Origin: a phage
Assembly: GCA_021469345.1 (NCBI GenBank)
Contig: GCA_021469345.1_3049.1
DNA length: 64,000 bases
Strand: one strand, 5' to 3'
A program made the translations under genes and the position numbers. Below the pieces are notes generated by a model. It was not told where the DNA came from and made no database searches. It saw only the letters and a list, made by a program, of their open reading frames with translations. Positions 17,946 to 26,381 of the stretch are shown one piece after another; the first letter of the stretch is position 1, and each line of letters opens with the position of its first letter.

Positions 17946-18661
17946 AAAAATATTTTACTATCTATAAAACTGAAATATTAAATTTAAAGACAGGTATTAA
18001 GAAATACTATTATGGTCGACATATAACTAATAACATCAATGATTCGTATGTTGGTAGTGGAAATTATATAGAACGTGTAAAAGTGTCAAATGACCACATA
18101 TTATCAAAAACGGTTTTAGAAGTTTTTGATAATTATGATAAAATGGTACAAGCTGAAATATTATATATCATGGCAGGTAAATTGAAATATGGAAAAAACT
18201 GTGTTAACCTGTCATACGGGGGTGAAGGAGGAAAGGTTGCAGATGAAACTAGGATAAAATGCAAAAAGCATTCTATAAATTTATGGAAAAATCCTAATCA
18301 TATACAGCATATGAAGAAAAAGATGAAAGAGGTCACATCCACGCCGGAAGCTAAATTAAACACTTCAATAAAAACTTCGCAACGATATAAGGACCCAGTT
18401 TTTGTTAGAAAAGTTAGTAATATTATTAAAAAGAAACTAAGCAATCCTACAGTAAAAGAAAAGCATATTAATGGAATTAAAGCTGCAAAGCGTTCTCATT
18501 TAACTATATGGCAGTATGAAGATGAATTATTCGAGCTTTGGAAAGAAACTAAATATGGATGGAGAAAATTTACAAAGGAAGCTATAAAACACGGATATCC
18601 AAATGAACCGTATCGTAGTATGGTATCAACTTTTCAGAAAAGACATTTAGAAGAATCCTAA
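17942..18661 (+). CDS. GIY-YIG homing endonuclease-like protein, paralogous to SegB
   Basis: KKYYYG...YVGSG...NLSYGGEGG parallels KIYIG...YMGSG...NLKLGGEGG of the 10-675 ORF. Confidence 0.65.
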   Translation: MKKYFTIYKTEILNLKTGIKKYYYGRHITNNINDSYVGSGNYIERVKVSNDHILSKTVLEVFDNYDKMVQAEILYIMAGKLKYGKNCVNLSYGGEGGKVADETRIKCKKHSINLWKNPNHIQHMKKKMKEVTSTPEAKLNTSIKTSQRYKDPVFVRKVSNIIKKKLSNPTVKEKHINGIKAAKRSHLTIWQYEDELFELWKETKYGWRKFTKEAIKHGYPNEPYRSMVSTFQKRHLEES

Positions 18662-18743
18662 GACAAAAAGGCAGTTCAGAAATAGATTATATGGACTGCC
18701 ATTAAAAAGATGACTAGAATTAAACTGGTAAACGGAGGTAGTG

Positions 18744-19046
18744 ATGTTATACTCAAAGGCTCGTGAAATTTACGAAACTAAAATTAAAGAAGCAGTATTT
18801 CAGTTCGCAACAACAATGCGATGGACAAATGACTGTGAGTATTCAAAAAATCATAAGAAGCCCATGGTGACAAGAAAGGCTCATATGTTAGTGTTAATAG
18901 ACCGCGAGCAGATTAAAGCCCGAGAAGCCCTCCAGAATCATAAAAAGGCTGCCTTTGAATGGTTTATGGATAACACTGCTCCTGAGACTAAGAAAGCAGT
19001 AAGCGCATGGTTCAGTGGAAAAAATTGCGAAAGAAGTTTCTTTTAG
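18744..19046 (+). CDS. hypothetical protein
   Basis: trimmed to ATG 18744 with GGAGG SD. Confidence 0.5.
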   Translation: MLYSKAREIYETKIKEAVFQFATTMRWTNDCEYSKNHKKPMVTRKAHMLVLIDREQIKAREALQNHKKAAFEWFMDNTAPETKKAVSAWFSGKNCERSFF

Positions 19047-19048
19047 TG

Positions 19049-19080
19049 GTTTACAAGACTGTTCCTCTGTGGTACTATAC
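19049..19080 (+). promoter_or_regulatory. T4-type early promoter (cassette family)
   Basis: GTTTAC 19049-19054, GGTACTATACAACTATCAACTAC. Confidence 0.7.
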
Positions 19081-19106
19081 AACTATCAACTACGGAGGAA
19101 CACAAA

Positions 19107-19379
19107 ATGAACGCTAAAGATATTTTCAACCTGGTAAATTACAACGATGGTAAATTTAAATCTGAAGCACAAAGCAAGTTCTTTAATGACATCTCAATCG
19201 GAGGTGAAATCACTGTTGATGGAGGACAAATTTACAAATCCCGTTGGAATTGGATCGTTATTATCGATGAGATTGGTATTGTAGAAATTTATAAAAATAC
19301 GAAAATCGTGCATTACACTGGTCTCGTGATACTAACGAACAGTACAAAAAGGATAAAGCATCTAAATTATCTCGTGTAA
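19107..19379 (+). CDS. hypothetical protein; 3' part may be frameshifted into the next ORF
   Basis: ATG with GGAGG SD; -1 frame open from 19295 through 19630 with protein-like composition. Confidence 0.5.
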   Translation: MNAKDIFNLVNYNDGKFKSEAQSKFFNDISIGGEITVDGGQIYKSRWNWIVIIDEIGIVEIYKNTKIVHYTGLVILTNSTKRIKHLNYLV

Positions 19380-19417
19380 CTCAAGAAGATATTGAGTTCA
19401 TCAAGAAAGATATTTTG

Positions 19418-19630
19418 ATGTATGATAACTTAATTGCTGAAGAGCAAGCTGTTATTGATAAATTTGATGAGATTAAAGCTTCTCGTGAAATTCCTGATTT
19501 TATGAAAGAATCAGTAAATGAACGATACACTCTCATTTCAGAGCGTATTGAAACTTACAAAAAGCAAAGAGCTGAACGCCAAAATACTCTTCGGAAGTTT
19601 GAAGAACGGTTAAAGACGGTACTCGCATAA
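19418..19630 (+). CDS. hypothetical protein, possibly the C-terminal part of the 19107 gene
   Basis: first ATG in a frame that is open for 41 codons upstream. Confidence 0.4.
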   Translation: MYDNLIAEEQAVIDKFDEIKASREIPDFMKESVNERYTLISERIETYKKQRAERQNTLRKFEERLKTVLA

Positions 19631-19685
19631 CCGCTTTATACCAAGGATGGTATAATGGTTCTAAGCCCTTTTAACTGAGATTATT

Positions 19686-19925
19686 ATGAAACAGTTGATA
19701 ATTAAAAGATTGAATTTATTGATATGTTGTTTATGTATAGTAATTGCATATGGTTATTACGCAATTAATGATTATATGCATTATAAAGATTATGATGTTA
19801 CTGTAGTTAAACCCTTACAGGAACTCAAGGAAAGGGGTCTAGTTTATCGTTTATTGCTGTATATGAACTCAAAGACGGTTATAGATTTAGCGAATATATT
19901 TCGCCAGAGATGTATTCTTCAATAG
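19686..19925 (+). CDS. hypothetical small membrane protein
   Basis: ORF track; hydrophobic N-terminus. Confidence 0.35.
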   Translation: MKQLIIKRLNLLICCLCIVIAYGYYAINDYMHYKDYDVTVVKPLQELKERGLVYRLLLYMNSKTVIDLANIFRQRCILQ

Positions 19926-20099
19926 AAAAAGGTGATAATATTACTGTAAGTTTACGTCCTTTCGACGTAAAACAGACATTGTTTGATAATATTGTTTGGT
20001 TCTTTGGAATGGTATTAGTTCAATCTATATGTGGTGCTTATATAGTCTGTTCCATCTTATTCTGTATATTTAGTAAAATTGAAATTGAGTGAGGAAAAT

Positions 20100-20987
20100 A
20101 TGTCAGTAGTAATTAATAATGTCAATGCAGTAATTAAATCTTTAGTTAATAAAAAATCAAATGAATGGACTGTACTTCAACACGACGAGTCAGATAAATT
20201 TTTTCATAAATTTAACCCAGTACTAAATTTAAATGTTATTGATAAAGATGTTCACGCCGAAATTTTAGATAAGTTTAAAGTTGATATTGGATTTGGATTA
20301 GAAAAACATTTACAACGAACAAACGGGTCTGGAATGCTTTTATCTAATCGCATTATGAAAGCCCTTAATAAAATTGGAGCATTGTCTCGTATTAACGCGA
20401 GTGAAATCCTTCGTAATTATAATAAAGGATATGACCTTTATGGTCGACTAATGCCGAAATTATCATTTGACCAAATGATCGCAGATTTGTGGGAAAATCA
20501 ACGACGATTATTAGCATTAGGCGCTCGATTGGCTAAAGGTCTAGATAAACAAATGATTTTTAAAACTAATAATACAGAAGACCTTAAATGCTTTAAATTT
20601 AGCACTCGTGGAGATGATTATTACGTCAGAGCTCACTCTACAGATTATGCTAATATGGGTCATCATCTCTGTTTAGCTTTTGAAGTTTTAAAAGAAGCCG
20701 GAACATTAGAATATGTGTCTGGTGCAAAATGCCCTATTGGTTCAAGTTGTATTTTAATTTATCGCCCGGATGAATCCAGTTCAACTAAATTGCCTACAAA
20801 ACCTGTACCAGTTCGCAGTAACGAAAAACATTCTGAACAAATTGATTATTTTAATAAGCAAATTGAAGAGCTGAATATTTCTATTCAACAATATGACGAT
20901 GAAATTTTCAGACTATCTGGACTGAGTAGTAAAGCTAAATCTGAGCGTGAAAAGTTAATTAAAATTGTTGATTTACTTAAATCTTAA
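20100..20987 (+). CDS. hypothetical protein, first of a tandem array with C-terminal coiled coil
   Basis: trimmed to ATG 20100 with GAGGAA SD; C-terminal coiled-coil tail. Confidence 0.6.
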   Translation: MSVVINNVNAVIKSLVNKKSNEWTVLQHDESDKFFHKFNPVLNLNVIDKDVHAEILDKFKVDIGFGLEKHLQRTNGSGMLLSNRIMKALNKIGALSRINASEILRNYNKGYDLYGRLMPKLSFDQMIADLWENQRRLLALGARLAKGLDKQMIFKTNNTEDLKCFKFSTRGDDYYVRAHSTDYANMGHHLCLAFEVLKEAGTLEYVSGAKCPIGSSCILIYRPDESSSTKLPTKPVPVRSNEKHSEQIDYFNKQIEELNISIQQYDDEIFRLSGLSSKAKSEREKLIKIVDLLKS

Positions 20988-20995
20988 GGAACACT

Positions 20996-22024
20996 ATGAA
21001 AACTCGTTCTCAAATTGAAGATATGGTTCGTAATGCCAGTTATACTCGTGATGTTATGACATTTTTGTGTGAAAATAATTTAGACCCTGATAAAGTTAAT
21101 CGTGTTATTCATCACTTTAAGTATACGAATAGCAGTGAATGGGTGCGTAATTTTAGTAAAGCAGGGTATATTACACAAATGACTGCTCGTGAACAGCTCA
21201 CCGATTTCTGTAAAACTATTGATTATAAAAATCCTTTGATTGTTCAAGGCGTTGGTCAGAGTAAGGTTGATTTATCAACAGGATTTTTTAATCCAAATCA
21301 TTATCGTCTTGAATGGAGATTTATTGCTCTATTCCGTAAACAATTAAAGCAAATTTTGTCTACTGCTAGTCGATTAAAAGGTTCTGATATTAACTTAAAG
21401 AATCTGAAATTTGATGGTTATACTCTTCAGATGGAAGTAAGACCGTTAAAAGAAAATAATAGAACTGCACGAATTAGCTTTAAGCCTAATACAAAAAATT
21501 CTCTTTCAATTTGTGAATGCCTTAAATCACAGTTGACAGAAGCATTTAAGTATATGGATGTTGTTGCTGCTGTTCAATCTAAGATTTTACCTCGTTTTGA
21601 GCGAAATTGGGAACATACAACAACGTATGAACTTGATATGATCGTTTCATTTAAATACGATTTTTTGAGAAAGGACGAAGTCACGCAAGAGAAAAAGCAG
21701 GAAGTACAAGATAACTTAAATTTAAATTTATCTAATTACTTATCAAACGATCCTAAATTTTGGATGTATAGTTCAGGTAATAAAGATGCATGGAAATTCA
21801 ATAAAGTGAATTTTCTTCCTATTGAAAATCCGAGTCTTAAACCTGTTGAAAAATGGCACGCGGATGCGATTGAGAAGTCCCTTAAGGCAGTAGATGATGA
21901 ACTCGTTAAAGCGACCAATGAAGTGCTAAAAGCTGAAAAGGTGTTAGAACAAGCTCAGTCAAGGGTTCAAAATCTGACAAAGCAACGTTCTAAACTGAAC
22001 AATGCACTAAATGCACTAAACTAG
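20996..22024 (+). CDS. tandem paralog family member (342 aa)
   Basis: MKTR start, KQILSTASRL and YMDVV motifs shared with the 22082 and 23136 ORFs. Confidence 0.65.
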   Translation: MKTRSQIEDMVRNASYTRDVMTFLCENNLDPDKVNRVIHHFKYTNSSEWVRNFSKAGYITQMTAREQLTDFCKTIDYKNPLIVQGVGQSKVDLSTGFFNPNHYRLEWRFIALFRKQLKQILSTASRLKGSDINLKNLKFDGYTLQMEVRPLKENNRTARISFKPNTKNSLSICECLKSQLTEAFKYMDVVAAVQSKILPRFERNWEHTTTYELDMIVSFKYDFLRKDEVTQEKKQEVQDNLNLNLSNYLSNDPKFWMYSSGNKDAWKFNKVNFLPIENPSLKPVEKWHADAIEKSLKAVDDELVKATNEVLKAEKVLEQAQSRVQNLTKQRSKLNNALNALN

Positions 22025-22053
22025 TTTACTTTGCCACAAGGATGTGGTATAAT
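22024..22053 (+). promoter_or_regulatory. T4-type early promoter
   Basis: GTTTAC 22024-22029, 18-nt spacer, TATAAT 22048-22053. Confidence 0.65.
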
Positions 22054-22081
22054 GTTCTTACTTTCTACTGAGGAGATTAAT

Positions 22082-23083
22082 ATGACTCGTAACGAATATA
22101 TCAAATCATTCAATAGAGTTATTGATGATAAAGCTATACCGATGTTTGGCCAAAATAGCGTTCTTTCTATTATCAATCAATGGCTCAATAGTGTTGATGC
22201 AGGTATTGTTTCTTCTACTAAATTTATTCATGAAATTCGTAAAATTTCTAGCCGTGTAGATAAAGATCTTATCAAGAAAACCTTTAAAGAGTCTCGTCTT
22301 CTTTCATATTTGGTTAATCGGGATATTCTTGGTAATTTTGGGAAAGAAATTAAACGAACCAAAGATGTAGTAGGATACAATTGGTTCGGTGATGTTAATA
22401 CTTATCATCTTAATACTAAAGAAGACCCTGAGAATATTTTTACTCGTCGTTGGGTTAGTGAATTTAGGAGTTTTACGAAGCAAATTCTAAAATCAGCTTC
22501 TAAATTATGTTATGGCGATTATCGTCAAATTCATCCTTTAGCTGATGATATGATTATAGCAGAAGAATATGAACTTGATAAAAACAAAGTAGCTATTTTT
22601 ATTAATTACAGATTTTTTACACCAGAAACTAACCAAAAGAACATTAATAAATTTTTCTCAATTGCTAGCACTATAACTCGTCAATTAGAGACCGCATTAC
22701 TTTGTATGGAAACAGTAGAAAATATTCATACTTATCCTTTTAAGAATATATGCGGTTGGGAAGGATATAAACTCGTAATTAGCCTTCGTGAAGTGAAATG
22801 TGCTTATTCACCTACTGATAAAGAAATTTACCAACAAAAATGCGAAGAAATTGTGAATACTCCTAAAGAAGAAACTACCCTTGAGGAACTAATGGAATGT
22901 CTTGATGATTCGCCTGAACCGGTAGAAATTCGTCCAGAAGTTATTGCATTAGAAAAAGCTTATAAAGAAGCTCTAGAAATTTCTAATAAAGCACAGAAAG
23001 AATATGAGAAGGCTAAAAGGATTTGGGAAGAATCTGTCAATCGCTTGGATCGTCTTGAACAAGCTTTACAATTAATTAAGTAA
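22082..23083 (+). CDS. tandem paralog family member (333 aa)
   Basis: trimmed to ATG 22082 with GAGGAG SD; shares KQILKSASKL motif and coiled-coil tail. Confidence 0.65.
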   Translation: MTRNEYIKSFNRVIDDKAIPMFGQNSVLSIINQWLNSVDAGIVSSTKFIHEIRKISSRVDKDLIKKTFKESRLLSYLVNRDILGNFGKEIKRTKDVVGYNWFGDVNTYHLNTKEDPENIFTRRWVSEFRSFTKQILKSASKLCYGDYRQIHPLADDMIIAEEYELDKNKVAIFINYRFFTPETNQKNINKFFSIASTITRQLETALLCMETVENIHTYPFKNICGWEGYKLVISLREVKCAYSPTDKEIYQQKCEEIVNTPKEETTLEELMECLDDSPEPVEIRPEVIALEKAYKEALEISNKAQKEYEKAKRIWEESVNRLDRLEQALQLIK

Positions 23084-23135
23084 TTTAAAGCCAAGGATGG
23101 CTCGGAGTATAAACTATTAACCAAGTGAGAAGAAC

Positions 23136-24068
23136 ATGAAAACTCGTAAACATTATATTGATTATTTTGACAGTCTTATTACTAAACACCGTAATTATCA
23201 GATCGGGCACAGAGCAGTAATCAATAATATTCTTCGTGATTTCCTTCAATATGTTGGTCAGGAAAATCATATCTGTAAAGATACTCAAAACGCTTATTCT
23301 CATTCGTTAGGCAATTTGCTTGAATGGTTTAAACGTTCTCGTATGTTATCTTCTACTGTAGCTCGTGATAACATTAAAAACTTTATGAAACCGAGCTTTA
23401 TTAAATCTGTGACATCTAAAACCGATTTGGTTGAATTTACTATTATTAACGATGTTAAAAAGACTCATTTAGCTGATTGGTTATCTACCATTCCTGAAAC
23501 TAAATTTGCTGATAAATTTGCTTGTGAATTCAATAAACAAGTTAATATGCTTTTTAAACATTCATGTAAATTATTCACAGGCGGCGATGATCGTACAAAT
23601 AAAGTTCATGTTAAAGATTGGGTTACTGCAGTGTTCAAACCAACTGGTAATGGTAACGCATCATTATCAATTGATATCCAGGTTCCTTATTACTACTCAC
23701 GTAATCTCGGTACTATGAAAGCCGAAGAAATTAATAAGCGCAACAAAACCGTTCGTTCTCTGTCTTATAAACTTCGCATGATGTTACAGACTATGGATGT
23801 TGTTGAAATGTTCGACGAAACCGAAGATAACGGTTCAATGTTATATAGTTCTCGTACCCGAATTAAGTTGAAGAACCCTAACGAGTATAAACTTAAGACT
23901 ATTAAAGAACCTAAAGTAGAAAAGGTTGATAACTTGAGCGAAGAACGTGAATATCTCAATTCTCGTTTGATTGAAGTTGAAGCCCAAATTGCAGAACACA
24001 CCAAATTGTTAAAAGCTCTTAATGCAAAAGCAAATGGTTTACGTAATGCTATTGAGGTATTGAAATGA
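23136..24068 (+). CDS. tandem paralog family member (310 aa)
   Basis: MKTR start, NKQVNMLFKHSCKLF and TMDVV motifs, coiled-coil tail. Confidence 0.65.
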   Translation: MKTRKHYIDYFDSLITKHRNYQIGHRAVINNILRDFLQYVGQENHICKDTQNAYSHSLGNLLEWFKRSRMLSSTVARDNIKNFMKPSFIKSVTSKTDLVEFTIINDVKKTHLADWLSTIPETKFADKFACEFNKQVNMLFKHSCKLFTGGDDRTNKVHVKDWVTAVFKPTGNGNASLSIDIQVPYYYSRNLGTMKAEEINKRNKTVRSLSYKLRMMLQTMDVVEMFDETEDNGSMLYSSRTRIKLKNPNEYKLKTIKEPKVEKVDNLSEEREYLNSRLIEVEAQIAEHTKLLKALNAKANGLRNAIEVLK

Positions 24069-24379
24069 AAAAGCGTCTATTAGAAGACATTGCAGCTTCA
24101 AGTAATTCCAGTTTAATTAAAATTATTATGGCCGGTGAAGAAGACGATTTGGAAATGCGTGGAAAGATTCATGGTTGTGATGATTATAGCCCTCCTGTTA
24201 ATTGGGATTCTGTAATGGTCATGGTTAAACGTCGCGAAAGGGCTTCTAAAAACGTTCCTAATTGTCCTGAATGCGGTACTGAACAGGTACAATTAGTTCA
24301 TTGGCAGACTAGTAATCTTCGTTATAAATGTCGCCATTGTAAACACCGATTTGACCGAGAAGAAAATGACCAAGCGTAA
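24065..24379 (+). CDS. zinc-ribbon protein
   Basis: CPECG...CRHCKH four-Cys motif. Confidence 0.55.
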   Translation: MKKRLLEDIAASSNSSLIKIIMAGEEDDLEMRGKIHGCDDYSPPVNWDSVMVMVKRRERASKNVPNCPECGTEQVQLVHWQTSNLRYKCRHCKHRFDREENDQA

Positions 24380-24608
24380 AGAATATATGGAGGCTGCTGA
24401 AAAGGCAGTCCGTGAATTAGCAATAGCTTATTATAATGAACATGGTAAATTTCCTGATAGATATAGCGTGCTTAAATCTGCTTTAACTCGTTCATATAAA
24501 AATATGCTATCAGAAGTAAGTGATATTATATACAAACATAAAGAACAAACGGGCCAAAGTCTTGATTACGACGAGACTTTTAAACAAGTACTAGGAATTA
24601 AGGAATAA
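24351..24608 (+). CDS. hypothetical protein
   Basis: ORF track. Confidence 0.45.
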   Translation: MTEKKMTKRKEYMEAAEKAVRELAIAYYNEHGKFPDRYSVLKSALTRSYKNMLSEVSDIIYKHKEQTGQSLDYDETFKQVLGIKE

Positions 24609-24609
24609 T

Positions 24610-24873
24610 ATGTTTAAAGTATATGGTTATGATAGCAACATCCACAAATGCGTGTATTGCGATAATGCAAAACGTCTCTTGACTGTGAAGAAACAGCCGT
24701 TTGAATTTATCAACATTATGCCGGAAAAAGGTGTTTTTGATGATGAGAAAATTGCTGAGCTTCTGACTAAACTAGGTCGTGATACTCAAATCGGCTTAAC
24801 AATGCCTCAGGTATTTGCTCCTGATGGAAGTCATATTGGTGGATTTGACCAATTGCGGGAATACTTTAAATGA
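24610..24873 (+). CDS. nrdC: T4 glutaredoxin/thioredoxin NrdC (87 aa)
   Basis: CVYC active site; translation matches T4 NrdC as recalled. Confidence 0.9.
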   Translation: MFKVYGYDSNIHKCVYCDNAKRLLTVKKQPFEFINIMPEKGVFDDEKIAELLTKLGRDTQIGLTMPQVFAPDGSHIGGFDQLREYFK

Positions 24874-25085
24874 TGCTCGAAGGAACTGATTATATCCATG
24901 ATTATCGTGGAAGCGCGGTATATGTAGGTGATGAAGTTGCAGTTTACTATGGGTATGGAGCTTTGATGACAGCTAAGGTTATTCAAATTAAAAATAACCG
25001 TGCTAAACTTGAAGTTTATTATTCTAATGGCGAAAAGTCTATTTCTAAGTGGAAATATGGCGATTGTATGGTTAAACTGGGGTAA
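24870..25085 (+). CDS. hypothetical protein
   Basis: ORF track. Confidence 0.45.
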   Translation: MMLEGTDYIHDYRGSAVYVGDEVAVYYGYGALMTAKVIQIKNNRAKLEVYYSNGEKSISKWKYGDCMVKLG

Positions 25086-25087
25086 AT

Positions 25088-25258
25088 ATGATTTACGATA
25101 TTAATGTAGCAAGAACTCCATTAATGGTTACTATTCCAGCTGAAGAATTAGATCGTCTTCAGAAAATTGAAGAACTTCTTTGGGAAATTGAATCTGATTT
25201 GCCATCAGGACTAGAATCCTGGATTGATTATGAAGAACTTAATAAGCTTCGGGGTTAA
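25088..25258 (+). CDS. hypothetical small acidic protein (56 aa)
   Basis: ATG 25088. Confidence 0.35.
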   Translation: MIYDINVARTPLMVTIPAEELDRLQKIEELLWEIESDLPSGLESWIDYEELNKLRG

Positions 25259-25380
25259 ACCCTGGTGGGCGGTTAGATGGGAAACTGTAGAGCCAGAGCC
25301 GGAAGAACCGGTTTACACTGATGAAGAAACAGTATATAATGAACCTACAATAAATGACTTAATTGATATGGAGATGGGAC

Positions 25381-25866
25381 ATGATTACAGTAGATAAGTG
25401 GTTTAGAATTAATCGTGCTGATACAGGGCTGTGTAATTACTGGCCGGAACTTAGTGCAGGTACTGTCTTTAAGGTTCGTGAACTTGCAAAAGAATGTGAA
25501 GATGATATAGAGCCTGATACTGGAATTATTGAAATTGAACTTTCCGACGGAAAGATTATTAACATCTATGATAAGCCAATTACGTATTGGTGCTTGTGGA
25601 ATACTGAATCAGTCGCAACTGGCGAAATTGAAGAAGTCGTAGAACGAGTTGATCAAGCTATTCATAAACCTAAAGCCGATTTTCAAGGTGAACGTATTTC
25701 ATACGCATTAGCTAAATTAGCTGCACAAGAAAATAACGATGGCTATGAAGGTAACCTGATGCAAGCTGCCGCAGAGTACATTGAATGGCTTGAAACTCAA
25801 ATTTCTTTTTCTGACCAAAAGATTCGGCAATATAAGCGATTGAATCAAATGTTTTACAATACTTGA
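25381..25866 (+). CDS. hypothetical protein, possibly Pin (Lon protease inhibitor)
   Basis: trimmed to ATG 25381 giving 161 aa; name from position between nrdC and 49 and size only. Confidence 0.45.
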   Translation: MITVDKWFRINRADTGLCNYWPELSAGTVFKVRELAKECEDDIEPDTGIIEIELSDGKIINIYDKPITYWCLWNTESVATGEIEEVVERVDQAIHKPKADFQGERISYALAKLAAQENNDGYEGNLMQAAAEYIEWLETQISFSDQKIRQYKRLNQMFYNT

Positions 25867-25907
25867 AAATAATAAATACCCTTATCTATTTAAGGTAAGG
25901 GTTTATT

Positions 25908-26381
25908 ATGTTATTGACTGGCAAATTATATAAAGAAGAAAAACAGAAATTTTATGATGCACAAAATGGTAAATGCTTAATTTGCCAACGAGAACTAAAT
26001 CCTGACGTTCAAGCTAATCACCTCGACCATGACCATGAATTAAATGGACCAAAAGCAGGAAAGGTGCGTGGATTGCTTTGTAATCTCTGCAATGCCGCAG
26101 AAGGTCAAATGAAGCATAAATTTAATCGTTCTGGCTTAAAGGGACAAGGTGTTGATTATCTTGAATGGTTAGAAAATTTACTTACTTATTTAAAATCCGA
26201 TTACACCCAAAATAATATTCACCCTAACTTCGTTGGAGATAAATCAAAGGAATTTTCTCGTTTAGGAAAAGAGGAAATGATGGCTGAGATGCTTCAAAGA
26301 GGATTTGAATATAATGAATCTGACACCAAAACACAATTAATAGCTTCATTTAAGAAGCAGCTTAGAAAGAGTTTAAAATGA
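25908..26381 (+). CDS. 49: endonuclease VII (Holliday-junction resolvase, 157 aa)
   Basis: translation matches T4 gp49 as recalled, including Zn-binding CxxC...CxxC region. Confidence 0.9.
   Translation: MLLTGKLYKEEKQKFYDAQNGKCLICQRELNPDVQANHLDHDHELNGPKAGKVRGLLCNLCNAAEGQMKHKFNRSGLKGQGVDYLEWLENLLTYLKSDYTQNNIHPNFVGDKSKEFSRLGKEEMMAEMLQRGFEYNESDTKTQLIASFKKQLRKSLK

Noticed and set aside
25230-25397. 55-codon acidic ORF overlapping the end of the 25088 ORF and the start of the pin-like gene
   Set aside because: Below size cut-off, overlaps both neighbours in another frame, no SD; could be real but evidence insufficient
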